64,000 bases of DNA from Macrostomum lignano (lineage: Eukaryota). The translations under genes were made by a program, and so were the position numbers. Every line of letters starts with the position of its first letter. The stretch's first letter is position 1. Below, piece after piece: positions 11,068 through 23,933 of this stretch. Below the pieces are notes generated by a model. The model searched no databases. It was not told where the DNA came from and was given only the letters and a program-made list of their open reading frames with translations. Location of the stretch: contig NIVC01000292.1 of the NCBI GenBank assembly GCA_002269645.1, positions 310,001-374,000 on the forward strand, given 5' to 3'.

Positions 11068-14000
11068 TCAGCCGGCTGCCTCCCCCGTGGCAACGCCGTG
11101 GCCGGCCAAGAAGGCGCGGGTCTCGGCCAGCTCCTGCTCGAACATCTCCCGCTGGGCGCGGCTCTGCGTCGACTTCGCCTTGGCCGCGCAGTCGGCGATG
11201 GCGGCCCGGGCGCCGGGGACGTTCAGCAGCACCGGCATGTGGCGGTCGGAGCCGCAGGTGACCAGGAACTGCGCCCTGGGGTGGAACAGCGCCCGCGACA
11301 CCCCGGCGCCCTGGTGCAGGCCGGAGAACTGCGCCAGCTGGCTAGCGTCCAGGCAGCTGTACACCGTCACGGAGACGCCGGTTGCTATGGCAACGCACCT
11401 GGCATCGGGCGACAGGGCGATGCGGCAGAGGCCGTCGCGCCGGAACCGGCCCGTAACGAGCAGCTTGGGGTCCTCGCCCAGCTTGTAGCGGACGTCGATG
11501 TTCCACAGTTTCCAGGTGGTGTCCTTGCTGGCCGTGGCCATCCGCGTCGAGTCCGCGCTGAACGCCAGGCCGTCCACCTGGGCATTGTGGCCCTTCAGCT
11601 CGAATGCCCGGGCTGGGGGGCCCGACAGGCCCGAGCCCGACTTGTCCAGCGACACCTCCCACACCTGCGGGACGGTGGGATAGGGATTTGGGACTGTTGG
11701 GATCAGTTAGGAATTTTGGGAGATTTGTATAAGTTAGGGATTTAGGAGATTTGGATTAGTTAGAGATTTGGGAGATTTGGATCAGTTAGAGATTTGGCTC
11801 AGGTAGGGATTTGGGAGATTTGGCTCAGGTAGGGATTTGGGAGATTTGGATTAGTTAGGGATTTGGGAGATTTGGATCAGTTAGAGATTTGGCTCAGGTA
11901 GGGATTTGGGAGATTTGGCTCAGGTAGGGATTTGGGAGATTTGGATTAGTTAGGGATTTGGGAGATTTGGCTCAGGTAGGGATTTGGAAGATTTGGATTA
12001 GTTAGGGATTTGGGAGATTTGGCTCAGGTAGGGATTTGGAAGATTTGGATTAGTTAGGGATTTGGGAGATTTGGGTTAGTTAGGGATTTGGAAGATTTGG
12101 ATTAGTTAGGGATTTGGGAGATTTCGCTCAGGTAGGGATTTGGAAGATTTGGATTAGTTAGGGATTTGGGAGATTTGGGTTAGTTAGGGATTTGGGAGAT
12201 TTCGATTAGTTAGGGATTTGGGAGATTTGGCTCTGTTAGAGATTTGGGAGATTTGGATCAGTTAGGGATTTGGGAGATTTGGATCAGTTAGGGATTTGGG
12301 AGATTTGGCTCCGTTAGAGATTTGGGAGATTTGGATCAGTTAGGGATTTGGGAGATTTGGATCAGTTAGGGATTTGGGAGATTTGGATCAGTTAGGGATT
12401 TGGGAGATTTGGATCAGTTAGGGATTTGGGAGATTTGGCTCCGTTAGAGATTTGGGAGATTTGGATCAGTTAGGGATTTGGGAGATTTGGATCAGTTAGG
12501 GATTTGGGAGATTTGGATCAGTTAGGGATTTGGGAGATTTGGCTCCGTTAGAGATTTGGGAGATTTGGATCAGTTAGGGATTTGGGAGATTTGGATCAGT
12601 TAGGGATTTGGGAGATTTGGATCAGTTAGGGATTTGGGAGATTTGGATCAGTTAGGGATTTGGAAGACTTTGCCCACCTTAACATCAGGCGTGAAGCCGC
12701 AGCTGGCGACAAAGCGGCCGCAAGGGCTGACGGCCGCCATGCAGTTGGTCATGTGGCAGGTGTCAATGGTTGCCAGGTGGTCGCCACGGCGGCTCCACAG
12801 CTTGATGCGGGTGTCAGAGTAGCAGGTCATGACGAAGCCGCCGGTGGAGGCGACTCCCAGCGACAGCAGCTCGGCGGGGTCGCCCGGGTCCTGGTGCTGG
12901 AACTCGGACAGGTGCGACACGGTCAGCGGAGTCTTGCGGGCGGGGTCGTCTGTTGATCTGGCCAGCTTGTACACTGCCAGGCTGCGGCTGTTGTACAGGT
13001 TCACGATGAAGGCCTTGGAGTCTGGGCTGAAGGCCACCCGGCTGCCGTGGTCCAGCTGCAGCGGCACCTTCACGCTGCTAACCGCCTTGCGCACCGACCA
13101 GTCCTTTGTGAACCACAGGAAGCAGGACCGGTCTGGGGGGGGGGGTTGGGATATGGGACTGCAGATTCCACTGACCCCAGACTGCAGATTCCAGTGACCC
13201 TAGACTGCAGATTCTACTGACCCTAGACTGCAGATTCTACTGACCCCAGACTGCAGATTCCACTGACCCCAGACTGCAGATTCCACTGACCCTAGACTGC
13301 AGATTCTACTGACCCTAGACTGCAGATTCTACTGACCCCAGACTGCAGATTCCACTGACCCCAGACTGCAGATTCCACTGACCCTAGACTGCAGATTCCA
13401 CTGACCCTAGACTGCAGATTCCATTGACCCCAGACTGCAGATTCCACTGACCCTAGACTGCAGATTCCACTGACCCTAGACTGCAGATTCCATTGACCCC
13501 AGACTGCAGATTCCACTGACCCTAGACTGCAGATTCCACTGACCCTAGACTGCAGATTCCATTGACCCCAGACTGCAGATTCCACTGACCCCAGACTGCA
13601 GATTCTACTGACCCTAGACTGCAGATTCCACTGACCCTAGACTGTAGACTGCAGATTCCACTGACCCCAGACTGCAGATTCCACTGACCCCAGACTGCAG
13701 ATTCCACTGACCCCAGACTGCAGATTCCACTGACCCCAGACTGCAGATTCCATTGACCCCGACTGCAGATTCCATTGACCCCAGACTGCAGATTCCACTG
13801 ACCCTAGACTGCAGATTCCACTGACCCCAGACTGCAGATTCCACTGACCCTAGACTGCAGATTCCATTGACCCCAGACTGCAGATTCCATTGACCCTAGA
13901 CTGCAGATTCCACTGACCCTAGACTGCAGATTCCATTGACCCTAGACTGCAGATTCCACTGACCCTAGACTGCAGATTCCACTGACCCCAGACTGCAGAT

Positions 14001-16291
14001 TCCACTGACCCTAGACTGCAGATTCCACTAACCCCAGACTGCAGATTCTACTGACCCTAGACTGTAGACTGCAGATTCCACTGACCCCAGACTGCAGATT
14101 CCACTGACCCCAGACTGCAGATTCTACTGACCCTAGACTGTAGACTGCAGATTCCACTGACCCCAGACTGCAGATTCCACTGACCCTAGACTGCAGATTC
14201 CACTGACTCTAGATTGCAGATTTCACTGACCCTAGACTGTAGACCGCAGATTCCACGGACCCTAGATTGCAGATTCCACTGACCCCAGACTGCAGATTCC
14301 ATTGACCCTAGACTGTAGACTGCAGATTCCAATGACCCTAGACTGTAGACTGCAGATTCCACTGACCCTAGACTGCAGATTCCACTGACCCGACTGCAGA
14401 TTCCACGGACCCCAGACTGCAGATTCCATTGACCCCGACTGCAGATTCAATTGACCTCAGACTGCAGATTCCATTGACCCTAGACTGCAGATTCCATTGA
14501 CCCGACTGCAGATTCCACGGACCCCAGACTGCAGATTCCACTAACTCCGACTGCAGATTCCACTGACCCCAGACTGCAGATTCCACTGACCCCAGACTGC
14601 AGATTCCACTGACCCTAGACTGCAGATTCCACTGACCCCAGACTGCAGATTCCACTGACCCCAGACTGCAGATTCCGCTGACCCCAGACTGCAGATTCCA
14701 CTGACCCCAGACTGCAGATTCTGCTGACCCCAGACTGCAGATTCCACTGACCCTAGACTGCAGATTCCACTGACCCGACTGCAGATTCTACAGGGCATCA
14801 TTGCAAAACAGCTATTCAGCTCACCATCATCGCAGCTGATAAGATATTTGCCATTAGGACTGAAGTCAATATCCAGTACATTGCCAGTGTGACCTTTTAG
14901 TGTGCAGGCAAGCCACTCGTGTGTGAACTGTGGAGACTTTGCATCCTTCTTTGTGGTTGGTTTAGGCTGCTTAGCAGATGGCTGGGAAGCTGGGAATAGA
15001 GAAATGTATTAAAATGAATTAAAAGTTTCATAAATTATAAATTTTAAATAAACAATTTACAAGTAATAAAACATTTAAGCCCATTTGTTTGATGCAATAA
15101 AAATCTAACTTTTAACATTCTAACATCTATTACTAATGGACAATTTAAAAACCAAAATGATTAGAATATTTAAACTAAATTATGGAATTCAAACTAGATA
15201 AAAGGTTTATTAGGTTAAATATAGATTTATAGATTTAAATATATCAAACAATAAAAATTGTAAATAATACATGGATATCTCTATATACCTATTTCTTTAA
15301 ATATCTATAGAAATAAGGTCCATGCAAACTATATTACTTTTAGTAGTTAAATAGCTCATATGTATACAAATGCATTAGCCAGTAAAAAATTCCTTTTTGT
15401 TTTAATATTTTAATATTTTGTTAAAATTTCAACTGCAATTTGTTCTAACTCACTTTAGCTAGGGCCTAATAATATCTTACCCCTTTTTTCTCAATTGCTA
15501 TATAGGCCTATATGCTCTACTTGGACCAAAATATAATCAATTTGCAGTTTTGCTTTCTTGCTAAAGACAAAAAAACTGCTCAAGCCATAGTCTTTTTGAA
15601 GACAATTTGTTTATTCTTTTAGCCTAACAAAATCTTGTTAGTTCTTATCTAGAATAGGCCTAGAGAAATACTGAGATCAAAAAGGCCCAGAATAAAGTAT
15701 ATAGAATAAGAAAACACTAAGGCTATGGAGACCCAGAATGTTAATTTTTGGAAGCTATTCTTTTTTGATCAAAATTTAGCTATTCTAACTATGCATATGG
15801 AGACTATGCTAAGCTTAAATTTTGTCATTTTTTGTACCTTTTTGTATATTTTTTTTGCATTGGTTGGGACTTGAAACTTGGTCCCATTGCACCTACTGTC
15901 TTGGCAATCTCTAGCTTATATAACAAGCTGTATGCCAAGAGGGCATGCCAGGCCCCTTTGTATAACAATGGTATACTCTAGGTCCCTTTGTATTCCAAAA
16001 TTTTCTGGAGTCCAGTATATAGCTAAATTTTGATAGAAAACTTACTCAAAGATTCACAATGATTACACATTACAAGCAACAAGGTTTAGCTGTGCCTTAA
16101 AACTTACCCGACTTGCTGCTTTGTTTTCCATTCTTCTCTGCATTCCAGTTAGACTTTTCATCAATACTAGATACTGATGTGCTATCTTTCTTGCGACTGC
16201 TTTGGAAAAAATACAACAGCATAAAAATAACAACACCCATGAATCCAATGAGCAGCGCTGAAAACGTGTCATTCTCTGGCAAAGTTTCCAT
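11068..16291 (-). CDS. TBL2: Transducin beta-like protein 2 (N-terminal TM, WD40); exons 16291-16108, 14989-14825, 13132-12678, 11664-11068
   Basis: Spliced translation gives a hydrophobic N-terminal anchor, FTHEWLACTLKGHTGNVLDIDFSPNGKYLISCDDDRS, FSPDSKAF, VSPCGRFVASCGFTPDVKVWEV and LKGH...WKLWNIDVRY; all junctions are GT-AG with matching phases. Confidence 0.92.
11685..12665. repeat. 26-bp minisatellite (gggatttgggagatttggatcagtta) filling TBL2 intron 3
   Basis: Tandem array occupying almost all of the intron. Confidence 0.95.
13158..14790. repeat. 23-bp minisatellite (gactgcagattccactgacccca) filling TBL2 intron 2
   Basis: About 70 tandem copies. Confidence 0.96.
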
Positions 16292-17099
16292 TTTTAAACA
16301 ACTGAATTGGTGTTATTCGCTTTGTGGCGATAAATGTGAAGCACTAACCTAGAGCTAGGGCCTGACTAGTTACACTTTAGTTAGTAAAAGCAACTTGGAA
16401 AATAAATTAATTTCCGAAATTCTATGGAAGTGACTAACGTCTAGAGATTACAAACGCTGTTGTATAATTTTTTAACGATGGGGATCTCAGATAATCAGAC
16501 ACGGAAGGAATCTATACTCTCCACACAATGATTGAAGTTGCGCTAGCTCTCTGACTATCAGATTAATTTAAATATTTCTTATCAAAATGTGAAATTAAAT
16601 TTTGATGAATAATTCAATCTTTTATCTGAGTTTGAAGGACCTAAATAGTCAAAGAATTTTTTTCGGACTTTCTTTCATAAATTTGCCTTTTAGATAGAGT
16701 TTTTTATCCTTTATCTTATACTTTCTTGCTCTTATTTGTTTTACGTTACGAGTACTTGGCTGTTTCGTCTAAAGAACAATGAACATTTGGTGCGATCAAA
16801 ATGCTTGCAATAATCAATTTTGTGATGAAAAAAGTGATTTTTCCTATCTCCGCAGTGATTTTTCGATGAAATAGAAATAATAAAATTTACACGATCTTTG
16901 AGTTTTACGTCCTGTTATATACAGTGGTCGATCTTGTCCCGGACACCATATATATATATCGTTTCCAGAGCGAGAAGCAGAGCACGCATCGGTTTTTACA
17001 CGACGGGAGCTAGTAACCACGGCCCGCATCTCCCCGCCCTTTTGATGCTTACTCGTAGGGCCGCGCGACATTGAGAGAAAACGTACCCATAGGTCCGCC

Positions 17100-18420
17100 C
17101 ATGTTCTGCGCGGACGTACTGACGTACTGCGGTCGCCATCTGCGTGGCAGGTCCTGCACTACCGCAGCGTGACCGTCACTTTTATCTCCTGGGTGCCTGC
17201 TCTCGGGCCTTCAGCATTCGTCGGGCGGCGGACATGGCGGTTGATCAAGTGGACTGCATGGCGCTGCCCCCGCTGCTCCAGCCCCACCGTCGATGCGCCC
17301 GGAGGCTCCTGGCCTGGTCCAGCGCGCGCTGAATCAGACCCGACCTAGCCTTCGGGTGCTCCTAGCAGGTCTGCGGTTGCGGTTGCTGGTCAGCCGTTTG
17401 CTACAGCTTCTTTGCCGGAGGAACCTGCATGGGCTCCAGCTACGGTTTCGAAAGCCTCAGCATGCTTGGCTTCGTTGCAGCTAGCTTTCCGCTCCTCAAC
17501 GGAGGATGGTCAGCTGAGTCGCAGACCAAGGTGGATCGTGGACTTTAGCAGCAAGCGCTTAGCCCAGGCGTCAGGGAGCTCCAAGATCACCGTGGTCCCC
17601 TTTACGCGTAAGATCACGCGTGCAGGAGCCCGCGATGACCTCGAGGTCAGGGTGCATGAAGCTTCAGCAGGATCTGCCTCAGCTGATTCCCGGACTTAAT
17701 GGCACCGCGGCCGGGATCCAGACGCAAAAGTGCTGGGTCTTTTGTCGCTCGCCCTCCCTGGCGAAGACGAGTTTGCCGAGCTTCTTAGGCCAATCTAATT
17801 TTGGTAGAAGCTCGCACAGACTCCGGCTGCTCTCCTCTCTGAGTTGCACCAAATGAAGAAGCAGCCGTCGGTCTTGGCTGATCTGACCACACTCACGGGG
17901 GCAGCCTGCCAGGAGCTGGTCAATAAGTGCAGCATCGATGGTGCGCCAGGCACTTTCGAGAATTCATCGGCAGTGAGGTCTTGCTCCTTGCTCCGTAGGT
18001 TTCGGTGGTGGTGGCGGGTTTGCTGTGTGTGGCATACCAGCGGGGTTTTCCCGAGGTTCCCCTCCGCAGGTTGCCGGCCCGTAGCCTCCCTATCGCGTCG
18101 GCGCCACTCATTGCGGCGTGAATTGCGGACCCGGGTGCGCGTGCGGGTTTGTCGCCAGACGAGCCCGCGACGAGCCCAACTGCCCCTGCGGTGGCAACCC
18201 AACTGCCGGAGTTGCCGGGGTCCCGTCCTTAGCGGGATTATTTGCAGTGGTAGAAGCCATGGCTGAAAACGGGAAAGGGTGAGCAGAGTCACGGAAGAAA
18301 AAATTAAAAAAAGAAAAGGAAACCACTTGGGTACAGGCCGGTTTAGCTCCCCAATCATCCAGCCCTTCGGAGCGGTCAACACCTTATGCATAAGAAAATT
18401 AGCTGCGTACCCTGTTACGA
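17100..18420 (-). mobile_element. Degenerate non-LTR retrotransposon ORF1-like relic
   Basis: Frameshifted, stop-interrupted coding-like sequence including GTTVILELPDAWAKRLLLKSTIHLG, resembling the xLPxxxAxxLLxxxxIxIG motif of R1/LOA-type ORF1. Boundaries uncertain. Confidence 0.45.
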
Positions 18421-19364
18421 TCAAAAGGCTGCACCTTTACCTCGGAGCTGTACATGTAGCCAGAGACACCTGATCAGGTAAGCGCACAGGGATAACCTGT
18501 ACCCTTAGCAGCTAAGGCCAAAATCCAAAGCTGTCCAGTGGCCTTAGGGTCCACCTTCAACACTCGTGGGACGCGTATCCCTGGGCCGGCTAGTAGGGCA
18601 GCATGGAGATAATAACTCCAGCCATGCCTGCTCTAAAAAGAGGTTGACTCTTTTTAAAAACAACGCAGACTGCAGCTCGTAGGCCAAGTCTGTCTCATGG
18701 CATGCTGCATCTACCGCTGCGAGCCAGGATCAGCTGTCTCTATCATTTTTCTTTTCATGCTCTCTTTGATTGTGTCTATTATGATCCAGCTTGCCAGGTA
18801 ATCTATCTAATTAACAAGGAGGTTTTCTGTCCCGATGAGAAATAATGACGATGACAGTTTTGCCCGGTTGAGCGACGTAAATCAACTGGAAATGTCCATT
18901 GACAATTGCTTTTGTTGCGATGCAAGATTAAGTTGCATTGTTTTGCTGATCTTTGAGCAGCTGCTCCTCGGAGATTGGAGGGGGAGGGGGCTATAATGGA
19001 TGGGGGCTCCCGGAGCCAAATCCTACAGATGCGGACTCGAACTTTCGCAGCCAGAGGTTAATGTTGGGCCATCATGCGTGGTCGGCCTTACCATCACCAT
19101 CACCAGATAATTTGACTAATCACGCTGCATTTTCCATGCTCGGAAGCTTTTCTGCGTGCTCAGGTGCCACCTCCTTCGAAAATTTTCCTCAATCGACAAA
19201 TTACCTTACTCTGCCTCCAATTAAGGAGAGGCGGGAGTCCCAGCAGCCTCATCTCGGCGTATTTATGCTCAACTCGGAGTCCGTCAAAGCAGAGCTTTAT
19301 AGCTTTTTTGCTCTCGATTTCGAGCTCTGCTGTGACTCTGCTTTATCTCTGCTTCGGACACAAG

Positions 19365-21497
19365 ATGTCGGACTCTAAGGCAAAGAGGGCTGATAACCGC
19401 TGCGCCGTCTGCCGCTGCACTTGGCCGGCCGGCAGTCACTACGGCGCCGTGACCTGCCACGCCTGCAAGTCCTTCTTCAAGCGGACGGTGCAGCTCTGCC
19501 TGACTTACAGCTGCATCCGGAAACCGCATCACTGTTCGCTCGCTTCCGAGCGGAACCGGGGCTGCGGCGCCTGCCGCTTCCGCCGCTGCCTGCAGGTCGG
19601 CATGCGAACCGCGCTTGTCCGCTCGCTGGCGCCGGACATTGGTGGCGCCGCGTCGCCGCGCGAGCGCACAGACAGGTTGAGCTCTTCAATAAAGTTTCCT
19701 TGCTAAAACTTCCACTGTTGTGAAATCTACCGGGTGTTTGTTAGATTTTTTCAAGTTTTATGGACATTTCGATTGTCTGCTTGTTTGCCCTTAGGCAAAC
19801 CTTGACAAGCTGTCCATGATCCAAGAACCTAATGACTAGCGAACAATATCCAGGTTTAACAAGCGGACATCCTGGAGGCGGACATCCTGCATAAGATCCT
19901 GCAGATCCAGACTTAATCGAAAAGGATTTTTGCTATTTTATTGTGACACTTAGGAATGGAAAAGTGATGAAGCGCCAGTCAGTCTTTCTTTCTAGTGCAG
20001 AAATTTCAGGTAGAAACTGATCGATATTGAAGCATCTGATCAACGCAATGCAGAAATTAATTAAAACCAATTCAACCAAAATTATCCCCACACAGAGCGC
20101 CTTTAAGTGCACCAGGGCCCATTGGAGCGCAGCAGCAACAGCAACAGATGGTGCTCTACAACTCGATCGGACATCGAGTGACCATCCGCCAGCCGGCTGG
20201 CTCCATGCTGTTGCAGCCAACGCTATCAGCCTGGCCGCAGCCCCTGCGGCAGCTCTATCAGCAGGCAAGCGCACAGCAGCAGCTGCTGCCGATGGCACCT
20301 CCTGCAACCCCGCCGCCATGGAGACCCCGACAGATTCTCCCGAGACCACCGAGTGTTTCCGAGGCGGCCGGTCCGTCCCAGAGCTCGGCCGGTCCGTCCC
20401 AGAGCTCGGCCGGTCCGTCCCAGAGCTCGGCCGGTCCGTCCCAGAGCTCGGCCGGTCCGTCCCAGAGCTCGGCCGGTCCGTCCCAGAGCTCGGCCGGTCC
20501 GTCCCAGAGCTCGGCCGGTCCGTCCCAGAGCTCGGCAAGCGCTGCGGATAGCAGCCAGGAGGAAGGCGTGCCGGACCTGGAACCGGTACGCATCGACATG
20601 AGCGACATGGCCGGGGAGCAGGACCTGAGACTGATCATGCCCATCGGCATCTCTCTGCTAGTTGAGGCCTACCTGGGCTCGCTGGTGCGCTGGGCCAAGC
20701 AGCTTCCGGGATTTTCTGCCCTGCTCATGGAAGACCGGGTGGCCCTGATACAGAGGCATTGGCTTGACGTCATCAATCTGCAGGTGTGCATTTTGCAGAT
20801 GCCATTTAGAGTAGCCTTGGTTTGCTTAGGAGTGACGTACTTGTAGAATTTTCCTTCCGATTAGCATTTAGCTAAACCTTGGTTAACCTTGTACGAGTAA
20901 AAGTTAGAAACAGTATAGTTACCATGCAAACATGCCCGGGTAGGCGTTTTTACAGTATCCGTGCATGCACCCGGTCCCTTATATATGCACCCAACCTGCA
21001 GAAGACAGACCCCCTACTTAGCTGTCTGCCAATGCCTCCAGGTGGCGTGGAACTCGCAGCCCTACTCCGGGACGCTGCGGTTCTGCGAAGGCTTCAGTCT
21101 GACCGAAGGCTCTCCGCAGCCGCCGCGGATCAGCCAGCAATCCCGCTGCCTGGCGCAGCTCCTCGGCCAGCTGAACCTGCGACACGCCGAGCTGCTGCAC
21201 CTGCGCGTCATCATCTTCTTGGAGATCAGCGGCTCAACTCAGTGGGCTGATCCTGACAGCATTGATGCTCTTCAGCGACACCACCTCCAGGCGCTGAGAC
21301 GCATCTGCCCATGCCCGGTGCGCCGCAGCCGCCTCCTCCAGATCAGCAGCAACTTGATCAGCGCCCGCCTGCTGACGCTGGCCTACTTTGAACGCGTGTT
21401 CAACCAGGAGGGCCGCCTGCCACCTCCGCTGACCGAAGAGATGCTGCGGACCACCCTGACTGAGGTGGACCCGCAGCAGCTGCGCCAGCTGTACTGA
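19365..21497 (+). CDS. Divergent nuclear hormone receptor (C4 DBD plus LBD), about 480 aa; exons 19365-19675, 20108-20783, 21042-21497
   Basis: Two C4 zinc fingers (CAVC...HYGAVTCHACKSFFKRTV...CGACRFRRCLQVGM), LBD signature WAKQLPGFSALLMEDRVALI and AF-2-like PPLTEEML; splice phases add up to 1443 nt. An upstream exon cannot be excluded. Confidence 0.88.
20368..20535 (+). repeat. 21-bp coding tandem repeat (SQSSAGP) in the receptor hinge
   Basis: About 8 copies of ggccggtccgtcccagagctc inside exon 2, in frame. Confidence 0.92.
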
Positions 21498-22455
21498 AAC
21501 TGCTTATCTTACTTCTGAAGTTAAGCACAGATTTGACAGAATTTTCTTGGATATAATGTTGTAACCCGGGTCGGCTTGGGTGCCCAGTCCCGAGTACAAT
21601 ATATATTATATGTGATATAACAGGCGTTGTGACGCTCTGTCTGTACTTTTATGAATACGACGAGCAGGCGTGGCGACGCTCTGCGATAATAATTCGATCC
21701 CTCTGGTGTTGTGACACTCAGAGTTCACGCTGCGGCTCGAGGTGTGGTGACACTCTCGAGTGCTTCTATTCTCTATACCGTAGGGCGTACGCAATATATA
21801 TGGTAAACGGTACCGTACTACAGAAGCTATATGGTCTCCCGGCGTTATGACGCTCTGGCAAGAATTCGGCCTAGCAAGCTTCCCGGAAAGAAAGGACTCA
21901 AACAGCAGGCGGCTTACCAGTGGCCAGATGACTGTTCACCGTTTATTATTCGCAGGTCTCAAGCGCAGTTTCCGACTTCTTCTTAATTCTCCAAGACTCT
22001 TCTCAATTAGGCTATTGTGTTTCTTTTATCCAAGTAGCTAATGTTGCTGTTTCTTTTATCGAAGTAGCTAATGTTGCTGTTTCTTTTATCAGGTCTCGCG
22101 CTTGCACTCTCGGAGCACACCAAAACACAAAAAGCACGCAGGTGGTGGGCAAGAGCCAGAGTCGCACCATAAATAGCACCCAAACCCTGGGGCAGACGGC
22201 CCCACCGGCTAAGCTCACCAAAACAAACCACGCCGGCCCAGCCAATCAAAACCCCGCCTAAGGGGGGAGGGGCTGCACCCGCGCCAAAGCTGGCCCGGCC
22301 GCAGCCAACCAGCCCTGAGCACGGGGCAGGGGCACGGCTGGGGAGGGGCACGCGCAAAGCCCGGCCGGGGCCAGACCCTGCCACGCCCGCCAACCCCCCC
22401 AACCAGCCCCAAAGTGCAACGCGCCCTGCCAACTGACAAGGGCGCATGCACTACA

Positions 22456-22467
22456 CCCTCCCCTCCT
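22456..22467 (-). other. Polypurine tract of the LTR element
   Basis: AGGAGGGGAGGG on the - strand directly abutting the 3' LTR. Confidence 0.88.
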
Positions 22468-22719
22468 ACAAAAAAAACAGGGCGGAGCTCGAACCACGGC
22501 GACTGGGACAAAAAATTTTGAAATAACAAAGCGAAATAAACTATCAAAAACAACAAAAAAATTGGGAACAAACTAATGCAACAGGGAAAAGCAAAAAAAA
22601 GGTTGCCGCAAGAGAAATATGAAAAAGGTACTAGTATTCTGCACGCGAGTTCGTCAGGAGCAACCACGGGGCACGGAATAGGCTTTCAAAGCTGGCGGCA
22701 CAGAAAACCATCGCAGGCG

Positions 22720-23280
22720 GCCGGCAGGACGAGCAGATGGCCGGGCGGGACGCGCAAGTTGCCGACAGGACACGCAGGTGGCCGGCAGGAAGCGCAGATG
22801 GCCGGGCGGGAAGCGCAGGTTGCCGACAGGAAGCGCAGATGGCCGGGCGGGAAGCGCAGGTTGCCGACAGGACGCGCAGATGGCCGGGCAGGAAGCGCAG
22901 GTTGCCGACAGGACGCGCAGATGGCCGGCAGGGCACGCAGGTGGCCGGCAAGATGCGAAGGCGGCCGGGCGAGGCGCGCAGATGGCCGGGCGGGAAGCGC
23001 AGGTTGCCGACAGGACGTGCAGATGGCCGACAGGGCACGCAGGTGGCCGGCAAGACGCGAAGGCGGCCGGGCGAGGCGCGCAGATGGCCGGGCGGGAAGC
23101 GCACGTGGCCGCCGCAGAAGCCGGCAGGAAGCGCACGTGGCCGCCGCAGAAGCCGGCAGGAAGCGCACGTGGCCGCCGCAGAAGCCGGCAGGAAGCGCAG
23201 GTGGCCGCCGCAGAAGCCGGCAGGAAGCGCAGGTGGCCGCCGCAGAAGCCGGCAGGAAGCGCACGTGGCCGCCGCACAGC
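22720..23280. repeat. GC-rich tandem repeats in the 3' internal region of the LTR element
   Basis: Reiterated gcaggaagcgcagatggccgggcgg units and 32-bp gcacgtggccgccgcagaagccggcaggaagc units. Confidence 0.88.
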
Positions 23281-23933
23281 TGCTGAGCCATTCCCCCAGG
23301 AAGCTTGACCCCACTAGCATGCAAATAAACCCATACAGTACGAGCGTAACAACATACATACAAGTAAGCAGAAAATACAGTATGAATCGGAACTGGGCAC
23401 CCTAGCGAACCCGAAGTCCAGGGAGACCGACGCAGCTTTTCAGGACCTCGAGCAGCCTGCCGGGCCGGCGCAAACCGAACAGCGGGATGAGCTCGTGACA
23501 GAGCTGTCGGACGAAACAATCAAAACTCTGCCTAGACCAGTAACGGCGGCCTGCTCTCTGACGCTTTACCGGAGCGATATCTCTGCGGATGAAGAACAAC
23601 GCCTGCAGCAGGACCATTGACAGTGCGCTCCTCGGTTCTCGCTGCGAGTCTCGAAACAGCCGTCTCATAGCCGTGAGCACTGACACGATTCCGTCCGACT
23701 GTCCAGCCAAAATATGCTTCATCAAACGATGGCGGAGCTGACGCGCAGCTGCCGATAACGACAGCTTTTCATCATCCCATATTGCTCCCGACGCGCGATG
23801 TGAGACAACCTCCTTGCTTTCCGGTACATCGATCTCCATAGCTTCTGACTCACTACTTCTGGAGGAGCCATCCGATGCCAGCAACTCGTCTTCTTCTTCT
23901 GTGTCGATGCTACACTCATCCGACTCCTCGCTC

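Noticed and set aside
13158-14790. Regular 23-44 bp repeats that could be mistaken for CRISPR arrays
   Set aside because: Units are head-to-tail with no unique spacers, there are no cas genes, and the context is eukaryotic introns.
18480-18720. Hairpin-rich segment upstream of the LINE ORF1 relic, a possible HDV-like ribozyme in a 5' UTR
   Set aside because: Several small stems are visible but I could not assemble the nested double pseudoknot; an Infernal or RNArobo search would be needed.
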